The notes: a model not told the origin generated them from the sequence alone. DNA of 30,091 bases from an archaeon (GCA_043801255.1 JAZDME010000026.1:1-30091); one strand, 5' to 3'. Positions 9,151-18,562 are shown, counted from the first letter of the stretch. Program-made: numbers and translations.

Positions 9151-9285
9151 TGACGACTACTATAACTGGCTACAACGACGAACGGGGATATGTCTATTGA
9201 TTGTGGGAGCAAAAATCTTGCTTGTGGGACTTGTAGCGAAGCCAAAATACATGGCAATTTCCCTAGTCGTCCGTCGTAGTCGTCA
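9151..9285 (+). repeat. Palindromic repeat family copy 5
   Basis: Perfect 10-bp terminal inverted repeat TGACGACTAC/GTAGTCGTCA; core ATTGATTGTGGGAGCAAAAA and GCGAAGCCAAAATACATGGCAATTTCCCTAG. Confidence 0.88.
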
Positions 9286-9341
9286 GTAGCTCTATACAAA
9301 CAATATACTTAAATAATCCGTAATTACAAATGTAATATAAG

Positions 9342-9755
9342 ATGGCCACAGAGTTGCATTTATCTCATAGTCCCGTTCCAAGAATTAAGCGGCAGATGCG
9401 GGAGTTAAAGTCAAATGATGATGTGCACAGGCACCTGCTGCACGAGGTCATAGAATCAAACCTGAAAACGCAGCAGTCTATCGCAGAAGTGTCCAGAAGC
9501 ATCAACGATTTTGTCAATACCATAAAGTCCGTAAGCGATATCCCTGAAGAGGCGGGCGCGCAAAAACCTGCGCCCCGAGTTTCAGCTTCTGAAATCGAGC
9601 AGAAGCTTGACAGGATTGCAACACAGAATCTTCAGCTCATCGAGCTTATTTCGGAGCTTGTAAAGCACCTGAAAAAAGGGTCTGCGTCTTTGGCTCCGCC
9701 GCCAGGCCCGCAGGCATATGAGGGAACATATCCGCAGCTCAGGCAGTTAAGATGA
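9342..9755 (+). CDS. Hypothetical coiled-coil protein, coupled to first pilin gene
   Basis: 137-aa helical ORF; ATGA overlap with 9752; TATA-like CTTAAATA ~30 nt upstream. Confidence 0.65.
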   Translation: MATELHLSHSPVPRIKRQMRELKSNDDVHRHLLHEVIESNLKTQQSIAEVSRSINDFVNTIKSVSDIPEEAGAQKPAPRVSASEIEQKLDRIATQNLQLIELISELVKHLKKGSASLAPPPGPQAYEGTYPQLRQLR

Positions 9756-10306
9756 ACATATTTCCATTCGGAAGGTCAAAAAAAGCAATCTCCCCGATAA
9801 TTGCAGTTATACTGCTATTGATGATGACCGTTGCTGTCGCAGGAGCCGCATTTTTCTGGCTCTCCCGCATCCAAGGACAGATGCAGGGCGGCGTAGAGTC
9901 ATACCAGAGCAAGATTTTCGAGAATATTGCGTCACGGGTTGACGTAATTGACGCGGATTACCAAACAATCAGCAGCGTCGAATATCTTACTATTTTCCTG
10001 CACAACACAGGCAACTCAAAAATACCTGTGAGCAGCGCCGCATCATTTCCGACAACAACATGGATTCTGAAGGATTCAGACCAGGTCGCGGTATGCTCAA
10101 CAAACTGGGGAGGCGGCACAAACCAGACTGCCTGCACCGAAGGCTGCGGCTCAACAACGCAGATTGATGTGGGCGAAATACACAAAGTAGTTTTAAGGTT
10201 GTCAGGCACAACCTGCGCACTATCCCTAAAATCATCAGGCACGGTATTTTCATTCACAATTGACTTTTCAGGAAAAACCACTACGTCAGGCAGTTTTGTG
10301 AAATGA
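9752..10306 (+). CDS. Archaeal type IV pilin-like protein
   Basis: Class III signal KKA|ISPIIAVILLLMMTVAVAG (Pilin_N/DUF1628-type N-terminus). Confidence 0.9.
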   Translation: MNIFPFGRSKKAISPIIAVILLLMMTVAVAGAAFFWLSRIQGQMQGGVESYQSKIFENIASRVDVIDADYQTISSVEYLTIFLHNTGNSKIPVSSAASFPTTTWILKDSDQVAVCSTNWGGGTNQTACTEGCGSTTQIDVGEIHKVVLRLSGTTCALSLKSSGTVFSFTIDFSGKTTTSGSFVK

Positions 10307-11358
10307 TGAAATCTTCAAAAGGCATAGAGTCCATAATTGCCGTATTACTTGTGGTAATGATAACAATAGCTGCCGCAGGCAGCTTTTATTTCTGGTATAC
10401 GCGCGTCCAGCAGGAAGCCCAGGGCAGAACTGAACAGTCAACAACAAATTACCTGAAACAGCTGAACTCGTGCATAAAGTTCCCTTATTTTGAATACAGT
10501 TTATACTCAAATGAATCGTATGTACAGGTGCAGAACTGCGGTTCGATTCCAATTACAATCGGGGATGGCGATGACAATGTGCTGATATCATCCGAGCCCT
10601 GCGCATTTGCAGTTGACTCGCAGGTATGCAACATATGCCCTTTTACGGTAAACCCCGGCGCATTTAACAAATTCAAGTTGAACTTTAATCATGCAGCATG
10701 TTCAGGCACCAATGAAACAGCCGCGGATGTTTTGTCTGATGAGGGAAATGTGCAGCACACGATTTCCTTTTCAATGGATACGGCAGCCGTAACAGCAACA
10801 AAGAACTTTGAACCAACCAACAATATAATCATACCAACCAATGTAACAACATACTGGCGGGATGATTTCAACGACCTGGGCAGCTGGATAAAAACAGGAA
10901 CAGACACGATGGAAATTGTAAATGGGACCCTGCATATTTTAACAGCTTCGGACATGGCCCAGCTGACTACTAACGATATAATGTTTAGCTTTGACACAAC
11001 AAAAGACTACACAGTCAAAACAAGAGTAAAGATAGCAGGGCCATCACACTGGCTGTTCTTCATGTACAATAACGGCGTGCATCTGGTTTACGATATTTCT
11101 ACTCTCAGCTGCAGATATGGCAATATCAATACTCAGATTGCCCCGCTCACGATCGGGCAGTGGTATGATATTCAGGCAAATGTGCAGCCATCTTCCGACG
11201 TATATGATGTTTATCTTAACGGAACCCTGATGCAAACATGCAGCATGCCAACAGACAGGCTAACTGACGAGTTCCTGATCGGGGACTTTGAGGCAGGGCT
11301 TATAAATTTTGGAGAGATGTACTTCGATTACTTTGAGGTCAACAGCACGTCCGTATAA
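10303..11358 (+). CDS. Type IV pilin-like protein with C-terminal beta-sandwich (ConA/LamG-like) domain
   Basis: SKG|IESIIAVLLVVMITIAAAG; tail starts WRDDFND and includes WYDIQANV..YDVYLNG..FGEMYFDYFEV. Fold assignment is inference. Confidence 0.82.
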   Translation: MMKSSKGIESIIAVLLVVMITIAAAGSFYFWYTRVQQEAQGRTEQSTTNYLKQLNSCIKFPYFEYSLYSNESYVQVQNCGSIPITIGDGDDNVLISSEPCAFAVDSQVCNICPFTVNPGAFNKFKLNFNHAACSGTNETAADVLSDEGNVQHTISFSMDTAAVTATKNFEPTNNIIIPTNVTTYWRDDFNDLGSWIKTGTDTMEIVNGTLHILTASDMAQLTTNDIMFSFDTTKDYTVKTRVKIAGPSHWLFFMYNNGVHLVYDISTLSCRYGNINTQIAPLTIGQWYDIQANVQPSSDVYDVYLNGTLMQTCSMPTDRLTDEFLIGDFEAGLINFGEMYFDYFEVNSTSV

Positions 11359-11374
11359 CTCTCTATCCAAAGTC

Positions 11375-11394
11375 TAATCAATAATTTAATATAG
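11375..11394 (+). promoter_or_regulatory. Putative TATA-box promoter of pilin 11415
   Basis: TAATCAATAATTTAATATAG ending 20 nt before the ATG; identical 20-mer at 12387-12406. Confidence 0.6.
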
Positions 11395-11414
11395 CGGTTT
11401 TGTGACGTAACGCT

Positions 11415-12332
11415 ATGTCGTCAAAGAAAGGAGTTGATACCATAATTGCTGTACTGCTTGTGGTAATGATAACAATAGCTGCCGCAGGCAGCTTTTATTT
11501 CTGGTATATCCGAGTCCAGCAGGAAGCCCAGAGCAAGGCAGAGCAGTCAACATCATCATTTCTTACCCAGATAAACACATGCATAAAGATGCCTTACTTT
11601 TCATATAATCTTTTGACAAACACATCTGAGGCGCAGGTGCAGAACTGCGGTTCAACGCCGCTGACAATAGGCGATGGCGATGACAATGTGCTGATATCAT
11701 CCGAGCCCTGCGCATTTGCAGTTGACTCGCAAATATGCGATATATGCCCGTTTGTTATCGGACCCGGGGCGTTCGGGAAATTTAAGATGAATATGAACAG
11801 GGCAACATGCTCCGGAACAAATGTGACAGCAGCAAAGCTGCTCTCGGGCGAGGGAAACATGCAGCATAAAGTGACATTTTCAATGGAAAAATCAACAGTA
11901 ACCGCTTCGCAGAGCTTTGTTCCTGAAGCAGACGTTAAGTGCAGCGTTAATCTGAACGGCACTGCAAGCATAATTTTCCCATGGATTTCTGCACCATGGT
12001 ATGTGCTGCGTGAAGGGACTGCAGCATATAATTTATCGCTGTCCAGCAATATACCGCAGACATTTGCAATCAGCGGGAGTTTTAACCTGCCTGACTGCAA
12101 TGTTACTTATACAAACGACAGTCTTTGCCGCAGCTATAACTATCCGGATTTAAATCCGAATATGACCGCAATAGCATCAATAACTGTTAATCCGGACACA
12201 GGCGCACTGTTCCTGGGATGTATTTACTGCAGCCTTGGCGGCGATATAGGCAATTTAACAACAACAGTCAGGTCAACAGACCTTGCAACTTGCAACGAGG
12301 CAAAAACATCAACTTCAATTGATCAGAGATAA
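11415..12332 (+). CDS. Type IV pilin-like protein, paralog of 10303 with a different C-terminal domain
   Basis: KKG|VDTIIAVLLVVMITIAAAG; first ~165 aa align with the 10303 product, then diverge. Confidence 0.85.
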   Translation: MSSKKGVDTIIAVLLVVMITIAAAGSFYFWYIRVQQEAQSKAEQSTSSFLTQINTCIKMPYFSYNLLTNTSEAQVQNCGSTPLTIGDGDDNVLISSEPCAFAVDSQICDICPFVIGPGAFGKFKMNMNRATCSGTNVTAAKLLSGEGNMQHKVTFSMEKSTVTASQSFVPEADVKCSVNLNGTASIIFPWISAPWYVLREGTAAYNLSLSSNIPQTFAISGSFNLPDCNVTYTNDSLCRSYNYPDLNPNMTAIASITVNPDTGALFLGCIYCSLGGDIGNLTTTVRSTDLATCNEAKTSTSIDQR

Positions 12333-12386
12333 CAAAAACTCGCTGCAAGTTTTTGGAATGGAAAAATGCCGCGAAGCCTTTTTCCA

Positions 12387-12406
12387 TAATCAATAATTTA
12401 ATATAG
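12387..12406 (+). promoter_or_regulatory. Putative TATA-box promoter of pilin 12428
   Basis: TAATCAATAATTTAATATAG ending 21 nt before the ATG; identical to 11375-11394. Confidence 0.6.
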
Positions 12407-12427
12407 TTACTAACAGATAAATTTCTG

Positions 12428-12970
12428 ATGGCCGCGCATTTTAACAGGAAAGGCATAACTCCCATAATAGCGGCAATACTTTTGGTGATGATAGGGGTTG
12501 CAGCCGCAGGAGGCATGTTTTTCTGGCTGACAAAAATACAGAGCCAGGGGCAGGGCAATGTCGAAGGCTCAGAAAATACCCTGCTGGAAAATGTTGCAAC
12601 CTGTGTTGATATGCCCAGCGCGACATTTGACTTGACAAATAACAAGCTCAGGCTTGCAATTCAGAACTGCGGCAGCAATAAATTCATAGTTGGGGACGGC
12701 GATGACAAATTTATAATAACTCCAGAAACCTGCTCTTTTGTGCCGACTTGTTCAATGGTTACAAGCACGGTCTGCCCCATGACGTTACTGCCAGGCGCAC
12801 TCGGGCGGATGGATTTTAACACGGGCCTGATAACATGCGAAGGCTCAGCAAACGGCACGCTTGCAAGCACCATGGCAAATCAGCAGGGCGTATCGCACCA
12901 GCTAATAATCTCCATTGACAAAAAGACAACAGCTGCACGAGGTTTCGTGCCTGAAACAAGCACAGCATGA
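12428..12970 (+). CDS. Type IV pilin-like protein (third paralog, no C-terminal extension)
   Basis: RKG|ITPIIAAILLVMIGVAAAG; shares QNCGS..GDGDD..C..C core with 10303 and 11415. Confidence 0.87.
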   Translation: MAAHFNRKGITPIIAAILLVMIGVAAAGGMFFWLTKIQSQGQGNVEGSENTLLENVATCVDMPSATFDLTNNKLRLAIQNCGSNKFIVGDGDDKFIITPETCSFVPTCSMVTSTVCPMTLLPGALGRMDFNTGLITCEGSANGTLASTMANQQGVSHQLIISIDKKTTAARGFVPETSTA

Positions 12971-12974
12971 TAAA

Positions 12975-13556
12975 ATGAACCGCAAAGCACAATCAACAGT
13001 CATAGGATTTCTGGCGATAACTGCCATCGCCATTGTGATTGCAGGCACAACTTTTCTGTGGGCAAAACCATTGCTTGACAGGACAATGGCGCAGGATGAA
13101 GTCCTGCGCATTGAAAACAGGATGCTTGAACTGCATGCGGCAATAACAAGAGTCGCAAACACGCAGAGCCAGGCATCAGTGAGTTTTGATATAACCAAGG
13201 GAACACTGACTCTGGACCAAGATAATTCAATTATTTTCAAGATGTTTTCGGACCTGGCAAATCCATATCAGAATGTAGTCCTTCTTGGCAACGGAACCAC
13301 CGAGCTTGGAATCTTGGGCGTAAATGAGCCGGCATATATTCTGGAGCAGGGCTCTTATCTGGCAAAGCTGCATTACATTGTTCTTTATGATACTGCAACA
13401 GGCAATTGCAAAGGCATACGCCTGGAACCGGGAGGGCAGGTTACGGTAGGGCAGGGCAGGCACAGCGTGTTCCTGAAATGGGCGCGGCAGAACGAAACAA
13501 CTGTTGCCGGCTGCGCATCTACAACGCTGCAGGTGGTTCAGGTCGATATAGAATGA
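12975..13556 (+). CDS. Class III signal peptide protein (minor pilin-like)
   Basis: MNRKA|QSTVIGFLAITAIAIVIAG; start moved from 12915 to 12975. Confidence 0.8.
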   Translation: MNRKAQSTVIGFLAITAIAIVIAGTTFLWAKPLLDRTMAQDEVLRIENRMLELHAAITRVANTQSQASVSFDITKGTLTLDQDNSIIFKMFSDLANPYQNVVLLGNGTTELGILGVNEPAYILEQGSYLAKLHYIVLYDTATGNCKGIRLEPGGQVTVGQGRHSVFLKWARQNETTVAGCASTTLQVVQVDIE

Positions 13557-14206
13557 CGAAAACTGACGATGGACTAGGGCAAAGGTGTTTGATTATGGAA
13601 CAAATTGCTAAGCAATTTTTCCATTCCGCCAAATCGCTACGATTTGGCGTTAAGGGAAGCAAAAGTCCTGCCGAGAGAGAAACCCTGACACAATCAATGA
13701 GGCCCAAGCCGAACGAAGTTCGGCGGGGCGCAGCCGAAATCTCATTTCGGCTAGTGTTTTCCCCTCGTCGTAATCCGTCGTCGTCAAGAGCACAGTACTC
13801 CGTAGTCTACATGCTTGCGATTTCAGGAATACTGATTTTTTTGATGGGCGCTGTTTTTATCATGACAAGCAGTTTCCAGCGGGCAACAACCGAAAATTTC
13901 GGGCGCGAGATTCTTGGCAGCGTTACAGCGAAAATAGAAACCAGCCTGATTGAGTTTAAGGAGCTCAGCAAGAATGCAAACACGTCATCAGCAAACATAA
14001 ATATACCTGAACTTATTGGCGAGCAAAGGTATCAGGTAACAGCAAACCAGCACATGATTGAAATAAGAACATTCGGCAACCCGTCGCTGGTGCAGCAGTA
14101 TAACGTGACTTTCTGGGATGCGGATTTAGGCGGCTCTGTATTTTCTTCCAAAGGCAAGATACATGTGACATATTCTGCAGCCAACAATAAGGTGATGTTT
14201 GAATAA
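13553..14206 (+). CDS. Class III signal peptide protein with repeat-derived 80-aa leader
   Basis: ATG 13553 overlaps the upstream TGA (ATGA); SSRA|QYSVVYMLAISGILIFLMG follows the repeat-encoded leader. Confidence 0.72.
   Translation: MTKTDDGLGQRCLIMEQIAKQFFHSAKSLRFGVKGSKSPAERETLTQSMRPKPNEVRRGAAEISFRLVFSPRRNPSSSRAQYSVVYMLAISGILIFLMGAVFIMTSSFQRATTENFGREILGSVTAKIETSLIEFKELSKNANTSSANINIPELIGEQRYQVTANQHMIEIRTFGNPSLVQQYNVTFWDADLGGSVFSSKGKIHVTYSAANNKVMFE
13554..13786 (+). repeat. Palindromic repeat family copy 6 (longest, in frame inside a CDS)
   Basis: Ends TGACGA/TCGTCA; GGACTAGGGCAAAGG left, CCCCTCGTCGTAATCCGTCGTCGTCA right; several internal hairpin modules. Confidence 0.85.
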
Positions 14207-14207
14207 A

Positions 14208-14402
14208 CTGGCTGCTGCTGCGACTAACGACGACTAGGGAAAAGGATATTGATTGAGGGACAGTAAAAACTATCTTGGCTTGCGGATTAGGCAAAACATT
14301 TCAGCAAAGCTAAAATACATGGCGACCCGAGCCAACAAAGTTGGCTGGGCACAGCCGAAATCTCATTTCGGCTAGTGTTGCCCTCGTAGTCAGCAGTCGT
14401 AG
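14208..14402 (+). repeat. Palindromic repeat family copy 7
   Basis: ACGACGACTAGGGAAAAGGATATTGATTGAGGG...AAAGCTAAAATACATGGCG...GCCCTCGTAGTCAGCAGTCGTAG. Confidence 0.85.
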
Positions 14403-14446
14403 TTTGTTGCATAAATTTTTAATAGCCAGCGCCCGAGTGAGTATAG

Positions 14447-16192
14447 ATGGCCATTAACATAGCTGTGCTGCGGAACATTTTCAGAAAAGCAGAACTTGAT
14501 AAAACTGCAGCCAGGGCAAGTAAGATTACAGAGCTGCCAGCCGAACAGGCGCAGGCTCAGGAGCCAGTTACGCATGTTATTGAGCCTCTCGCAGAAGTGA
14601 AGCCTGCAGAGGTAAAAGACGAGCTTACGCCAATATCGCTTCCAAAAGTTTATGAACGGACAACGATTGCCCGCGAAGACGTTCTTTCAAGAATAAGGCA
14701 GGTTTCAGAAACATATCCGCTGATTGTAACAAAGTGGCGCGGCGCGCGCTATGTTGTTGCAACCGCAAATATTGCGTTTAATCCGGTAAGCAACCAGCTT
14801 AACTACGTGGTTGAAGAACCGCCCGTTGACAGCAAACTCAAGGAAATAATAAAAAAAACAATAGAGCTTCTGCAGAGCAGGCTGGAAGTTGACTTTTCAA
14901 CTTTGAAAGCAAAAAGGGAAGTTTACTCATTTGTTGATAAAAAGGTAACTGAAATATGGGAATATCTTCAGATAAATCCTACGCCAGAAGAGGAGCTAAA
15001 GGCAAAATACTATATTTTCCGCGATACCATCGGGCTTGGGAAAATTGAGGCGCTTATGCGCGACCCGAACATAGAGGATATCTCCGCAGACGGCGTGGGC
15101 ATTCCGGTTTTTATCTTTCACAGGAATCCGCTGTACGGCGAAATGCCAACCAACATTATTTTTAATTCGAAACAGGAGCTTGACTCTTTTGCAATGCGGC
15201 TTGCGCAGAAATCCGGAAAGACAATTTCTGTTGCCACGCCGCTGCTGGACGCAATGCTTCCGGATAACAGCAGGCTCCAGGTAACATTCGGCACTGACAT
15301 AGCGCGCAAGGGCTCTAATTTTTCAATCAGAAAATTCTTCAAAATCCCGCTCACAGTCGTGGACTTGATAAATTACGGGACAATAAGCCCGCTGATGCTT
15401 GCGTACCTCTGGTTTGCGGTTGAGGAGCAGCAGTCTGTTTTAATCACGGGGGGAACTGCAACAGGAAAAACCACTTTCCTTAATTCAATTTCACAGTTCA
15501 TACATCCTACTCTCAAAATTGTTTCAATTGAGGACACAGCAGAGTTGATGCTGCCGCAGGTAAACTGGGTTCCGCAAATTGCACGCTCAGGCTACGGCCC
15601 GAGGAAATACGGCGAAGTCAGCATGTTTGACCTTCTCAAAGCAGCACTGAGGCAGCGTCCGGATTACATAATAGTCGGGGAAGTAAGAGGAGAGGAAGCA
15701 AATGTAATGTTCCAGGCCATGGCTACCGGGCACCCGTCTCTCAGCACGATACATGCGGACAGCATGGACGCTGTTATTGACAGGCTTACAACAAGGCCGA
15801 TATCACTCCCGCTGGCGTTATTGGCGCATCTTGACATCGTGGTATTTCTGGAAAAGACAAAAAAAGCAGGCAAGTTTGCAAGGCGCGTAAGCCAGATTCT
15901 GGAAATAACAAACTACGACCGCGATTTGAACAAGCTGAAAAATGCGGAAGTTTTCAAATGGCTGCCTGCTGAAGACGAGTTCGTGGCAGAAAACAGCTTC
16001 ATCCTTGCAAGAATAGCAAAACGGCTCGGAAAAACACCGGTGCAGATAAAAGAGGAAATCCTCAGGCGCGCAGCAGTAATGCGCTGGATGGTCGAGAACA
16101 ACATCCACGGTTTTAAGGACGTTGCCCACATTATACAGCTGTATTATGTAGACCCCAAACGGCTTGCAGATATGATGGCCCAGAGGAGATGA
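14447..16192 (+). CDS. Type II/IV secretion ATPase (archaeal pilus assembly ATPase, TadA/ArlI-like)
   Basis: Walker A GGTATGKTT, Asp box SIEDTAEL, Walker B LRQRPDYIIVGEVRG, His box GHPSLSTIHA. Confidence 0.95.
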   Translation: MAINIAVLRNIFRKAELDKTAARASKITELPAEQAQAQEPVTHVIEPLAEVKPAEVKDELTPISLPKVYERTTIAREDVLSRIRQVSETYPLIVTKWRGARYVVATANIAFNPVSNQLNYVVEEPPVDSKLKEIIKKTIELLQSRLEVDFSTLKAKREVYSFVDKKVTEIWEYLQINPTPEEELKAKYYIFRDTIGLGKIEALMRDPNIEDISADGVGIPVFIFHRNPLYGEMPTNIIFNSKQELDSFAMRLAQKSGKTISVATPLLDAMLPDNSRLQVTFGTDIARKGSNFSIRKFFKIPLTVVDLINYGTISPLMLAYLWFAVEEQQSVLITGGTATGKTTFLNSISQFIHPTLKIVSIEDTAELMLPQVNWVPQIARSGYGPRKYGEVSMFDLLKAALRQRPDYIIVGEVRGEEANVMFQAMATGHPSLSTIHADSMDAVIDRLTTRPISLPLALLAHLDIVVFLEKTKKAGKFARRVSQILEITNYDRDLNKLKNAEVFKWLPAEDEFVAENSFILARIAKRLGKTPVQIKEEILRRAAVMRWMVENNIHGFKDVAHIIQLYYVDPKRLADMMAQRR

Positions 16193-16320
16193 CTACTACG
16201 GACTACGAGAGCAAAGGTCACTGATTTCGGCATCATTTTCTCAGCATGCTTGCTTTTGACTAGCTTTAATCAATGGCATTTGAACGCCGAGCGTTAGCGA
16301 GGCGCGTTCGCAGTCGTCAG
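16190..16320 (+). repeat. Palindromic repeat family copy 8 (degenerate core)
   Basis: TGACTACTACGGACTACGAGAGCAAAGG left arm starting at the ATPase stop; right arm CAGTCGTCAG. Confidence 0.7.
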
Positions 16321-16359
16321 CGTAAAACTTAATACTGCCTTTAAATTCTAGATTTAGTA

Positions 16360-17241
16360 ATGGCCGCCAGTTCAAACATATATGCGCAATCATTCGGTTT
16401 ATTCAGCTCCATAGTCAAAAAGCACGAGAGTTTTTTCCAGCCGCTGCAGGACGACCTGAGAAAAGCGCACATCACAGTTCCGACAGAGCACTGGGCAGCA
16501 TTTACCATATTTGTGGCGGTTATGACGTCAATACCAGCTTTCATATTCTGCCTGATGTTTGCAGTCGTCGGCATGGGTTTCGGGCTGTCTGCGGTACTCG
16601 TGGGAATCTGCGCAGGCTTAGGCATAACTGCAGGCTCATTTTTTCTGGCGTATAAATACCCGTCCCTGGCAGCAGACGAGCGGAAAAAGAAAATCGAAAA
16701 CGCGCTTTCATTTTCAACAATTTACATGTCAACCATAGCGCGTTCAGGATTTCCGCCGCAGGAAATCTTCCGCCTTCTGGGCGGATTTACGGAATACGGC
16801 GAAGTTGCGAAGGAAGCAAGAAAAATATCCTCAGACATTAACGTGCTGGGGCTCGATGTGTCTGCAGCGCTGAACATGGCTGCGGCAAGAAGCCCGAGCG
16901 CAGACTGGACAGAGCTTCTCGCTGGGCTGAAAACAACAATCAATGTCGGCGGAGACCTTGGCAGTTTTCTTTCGGAAAAAGCAAAAGGATTTGTCGCGGA
17001 TTACAGGCGCAGGCTGAAGGACTTCAGCAATATGCTCAGCCTGCTGGTTGAAGTTTATATCACTCTGGTAGTTGTAGGAGTTGTATTTTTCATTGTTACA
17101 ACATCGGTAATGGTTGCAATAGGCGGCGTGCCAGTCGAGCTGATAAAAATGATAAATTACGCGCTGGTGCTGGTGGGAATGCCGATAATTACAGCAGCGT
17201 TCATATTAATCATAAAAGGAATTTCGCCCCTGGAGGCTTAG
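16360..17241 (+). CDS. T2SS-F/TadC-like pilus platform protein
   Basis: Multi-TM; ERKKKIENALSF...YMSTIARSG, GEVAKE..KI..DINVLGLD, TINVGGDLGSFL pattern next to the ATPase. Confidence 0.9.
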   Translation: MAASSNIYAQSFGLFSSIVKKHESFFQPLQDDLRKAHITVPTEHWAAFTIFVAVMTSIPAFIFCLMFAVVGMGFGLSAVLVGICAGLGITAGSFFLAYKYPSLAADERKKKIENALSFSTIYMSTIARSGFPPQEIFRLLGGFTEYGEVAKEARKISSDINVLGLDVSAALNMAAARSPSADWTELLAGLKTTINVGGDLGSFLSEKAKGFVADYRRRLKDFSNMLSLLVEVYITLVVVGVVFFIVTTSVMVAIGGVPVELIKMINYALVLVGMPIITAAFILIIKGISPLEA

Positions 17242-18429
17242 ATGGATAAACACAAGAGCAAGGACAAAACTGAATTTTTGGAAAAAGTAGAGCGCGAAAT
17301 CCTTGGAATTTACAAGCATAAATTTACAGTGCTTTTGGCAACGCTGCCAGTGCCCGTATTGCTGGCATTGGCAGCTTACCTGCTTGGCAGCACAAGCACA
17401 ACTGTTGTTGCTGTTCTGTCACTGGGATTGGTTTTTGTGCTGGTGCCGTATTCGCTGATAAGCTTTCTTGAGTTCAGGGAAATCAAGGCAGCAGAAGACA
17501 GTTTTCCGGCTTTTCTCAGGGATATAGCGCAGTCCGTGGCAGCAGGCATGACCATACCGCAGGCTGTTGCAACAGCGTCGCAGACAAACTACGGGGTTTT
17601 GTCAAAGTATGTGCAGAAACTTAATGCAATGCTTTCGTGGAGCATGCCTTTCCCGGACGCATGGGCGCGCTTTACAACCACATTGAAAAGGTCATCAATG
17701 ATAAGCAGGATAAACGCAGTCGTTCTGGAGTCATTTTATGCCGGCGGCGAGATAGGCACGGTTCTCAGTTCGCTGGCGACAGACGTAAACATGCTGAAGC
17801 GCATGGAATCTGATAAAAAATCAATGATGCAGGAGCATGTTGCAGTAATGTACTTTGTATTTTTCATATTTCTGGGAATAATAATAGGCCTGCACAAAAT
17901 TCTTGTCCCGATTTTATATGTGCAGAAACTAGGGGTTTTCGGCGGGCTTGCCCTGCGCCCCGCGGAAGTTATAACCGTTGAATATTTCAAATCGCTTTTT
18001 TTTGTCATGACTCTGATACAGGCAGTAAGCATCGGCGCCATCGCGGGGCAGATAGCTGAAGAAAGAATTATCGCGGGCTTGAAGCACGTTGTAATAATGG
18101 TCGCCGTAGGCATGGTTGCATTTTTCATTTTTGTTTTTCCGTCTACAATGACGCTGGACGCAGAAGTATTTCCAAGCACGCCGGCAATCGGACAGCATAT
18201 TTCAATCAGCGGCTCGGTAACCTTTGATGCGCAGCCTGCGTCAGGCGCGCAGGTGCAAATCATGCTATCAGACAACACGGCGCAGTCAGTATTTACAGAC
18301 GGGCTGGGCCAGTTTGATACTATTATTACCGCGCCCACTCAGCCCGGGCAGTATACAATTATGATTTCAGTAACTTACTCAGGAGAAACAAAGGTACTTT
18401 CAAAAGCAATTGCAGTGGGGATGGCATAG
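17242..18429 (+). CDS. Second T2SS-F/TadC-like protein with C-terminal Ig-like extension
   Basis: EDSFPAFLRDIAQSVAAGMTIPQA, ESFYAGGEIGTVL; ~90-aa beta-rich tail after the last TM helix. Confidence 0.88.
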   Translation: MDKHKSKDKTEFLEKVEREILGIYKHKFTVLLATLPVPVLLALAAYLLGSTSTTVVAVLSLGLVFVLVPYSLISFLEFREIKAAEDSFPAFLRDIAQSVAAGMTIPQAVATASQTNYGVLSKYVQKLNAMLSWSMPFPDAWARFTTTLKRSSMISRINAVVLESFYAGGEIGTVLSSLATDVNMLKRMESDKKSMMQEHVAVMYFVFFIFLGIIIGLHKILVPILYVQKLGVFGGLALRPAEVITVEYFKSLFFVMTLIQAVSIGAIAGQIAEERIIAGLKHVVIMVAVGMVAFFIFVFPSTMTLDAEVFPSTPAIGQHISISGSVTFDAQPASGAQVQIMLSDNTAQSVFTDGLGQFDTIITAPTQPGQYTIMISVTYSGETKVLSKAIAVGMA

Positions 18430-18454
18430 GGAAATAATCTGGAAATATGTCAGC

Positions 18455-18562
18455 AACGACGACTACTAGGGCAAAGCGCATTGATCCGGGCATCGGAAAC
18501 TCTCGGGGCTGGCAGTTGGTGCTCCCCCAAACAATAACAATAACCTAGTCGTCCGTCGTCGT
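18455..18562 (+). repeat. Palindromic repeat family copy 9
   Basis: ACGACGACTACTAGGGCAAAG left; CCTAGTCGTCCGTCGTCGT right. Confidence 0.82.

Noticed and set aside
10303-12970. Diversity-generating retroelement acting on pilins
   Set aside because: No reverse transcriptase, and the paralog differences are not restricted to adenines.
13406-13552. Upstream extension of ORF 13406..14206
   Set aside because: Overlaps the preceding pilin CDS out of frame; the coupled ATG at 13553 is the simpler start.
18447-18548. Fourth in-frame repeat-derived leader for the 18573 gene
   Set aside because: ATG 18447 is in frame with 18573 but hits TAG in the right arm and uses a different element frame; the gene has its own short leader.
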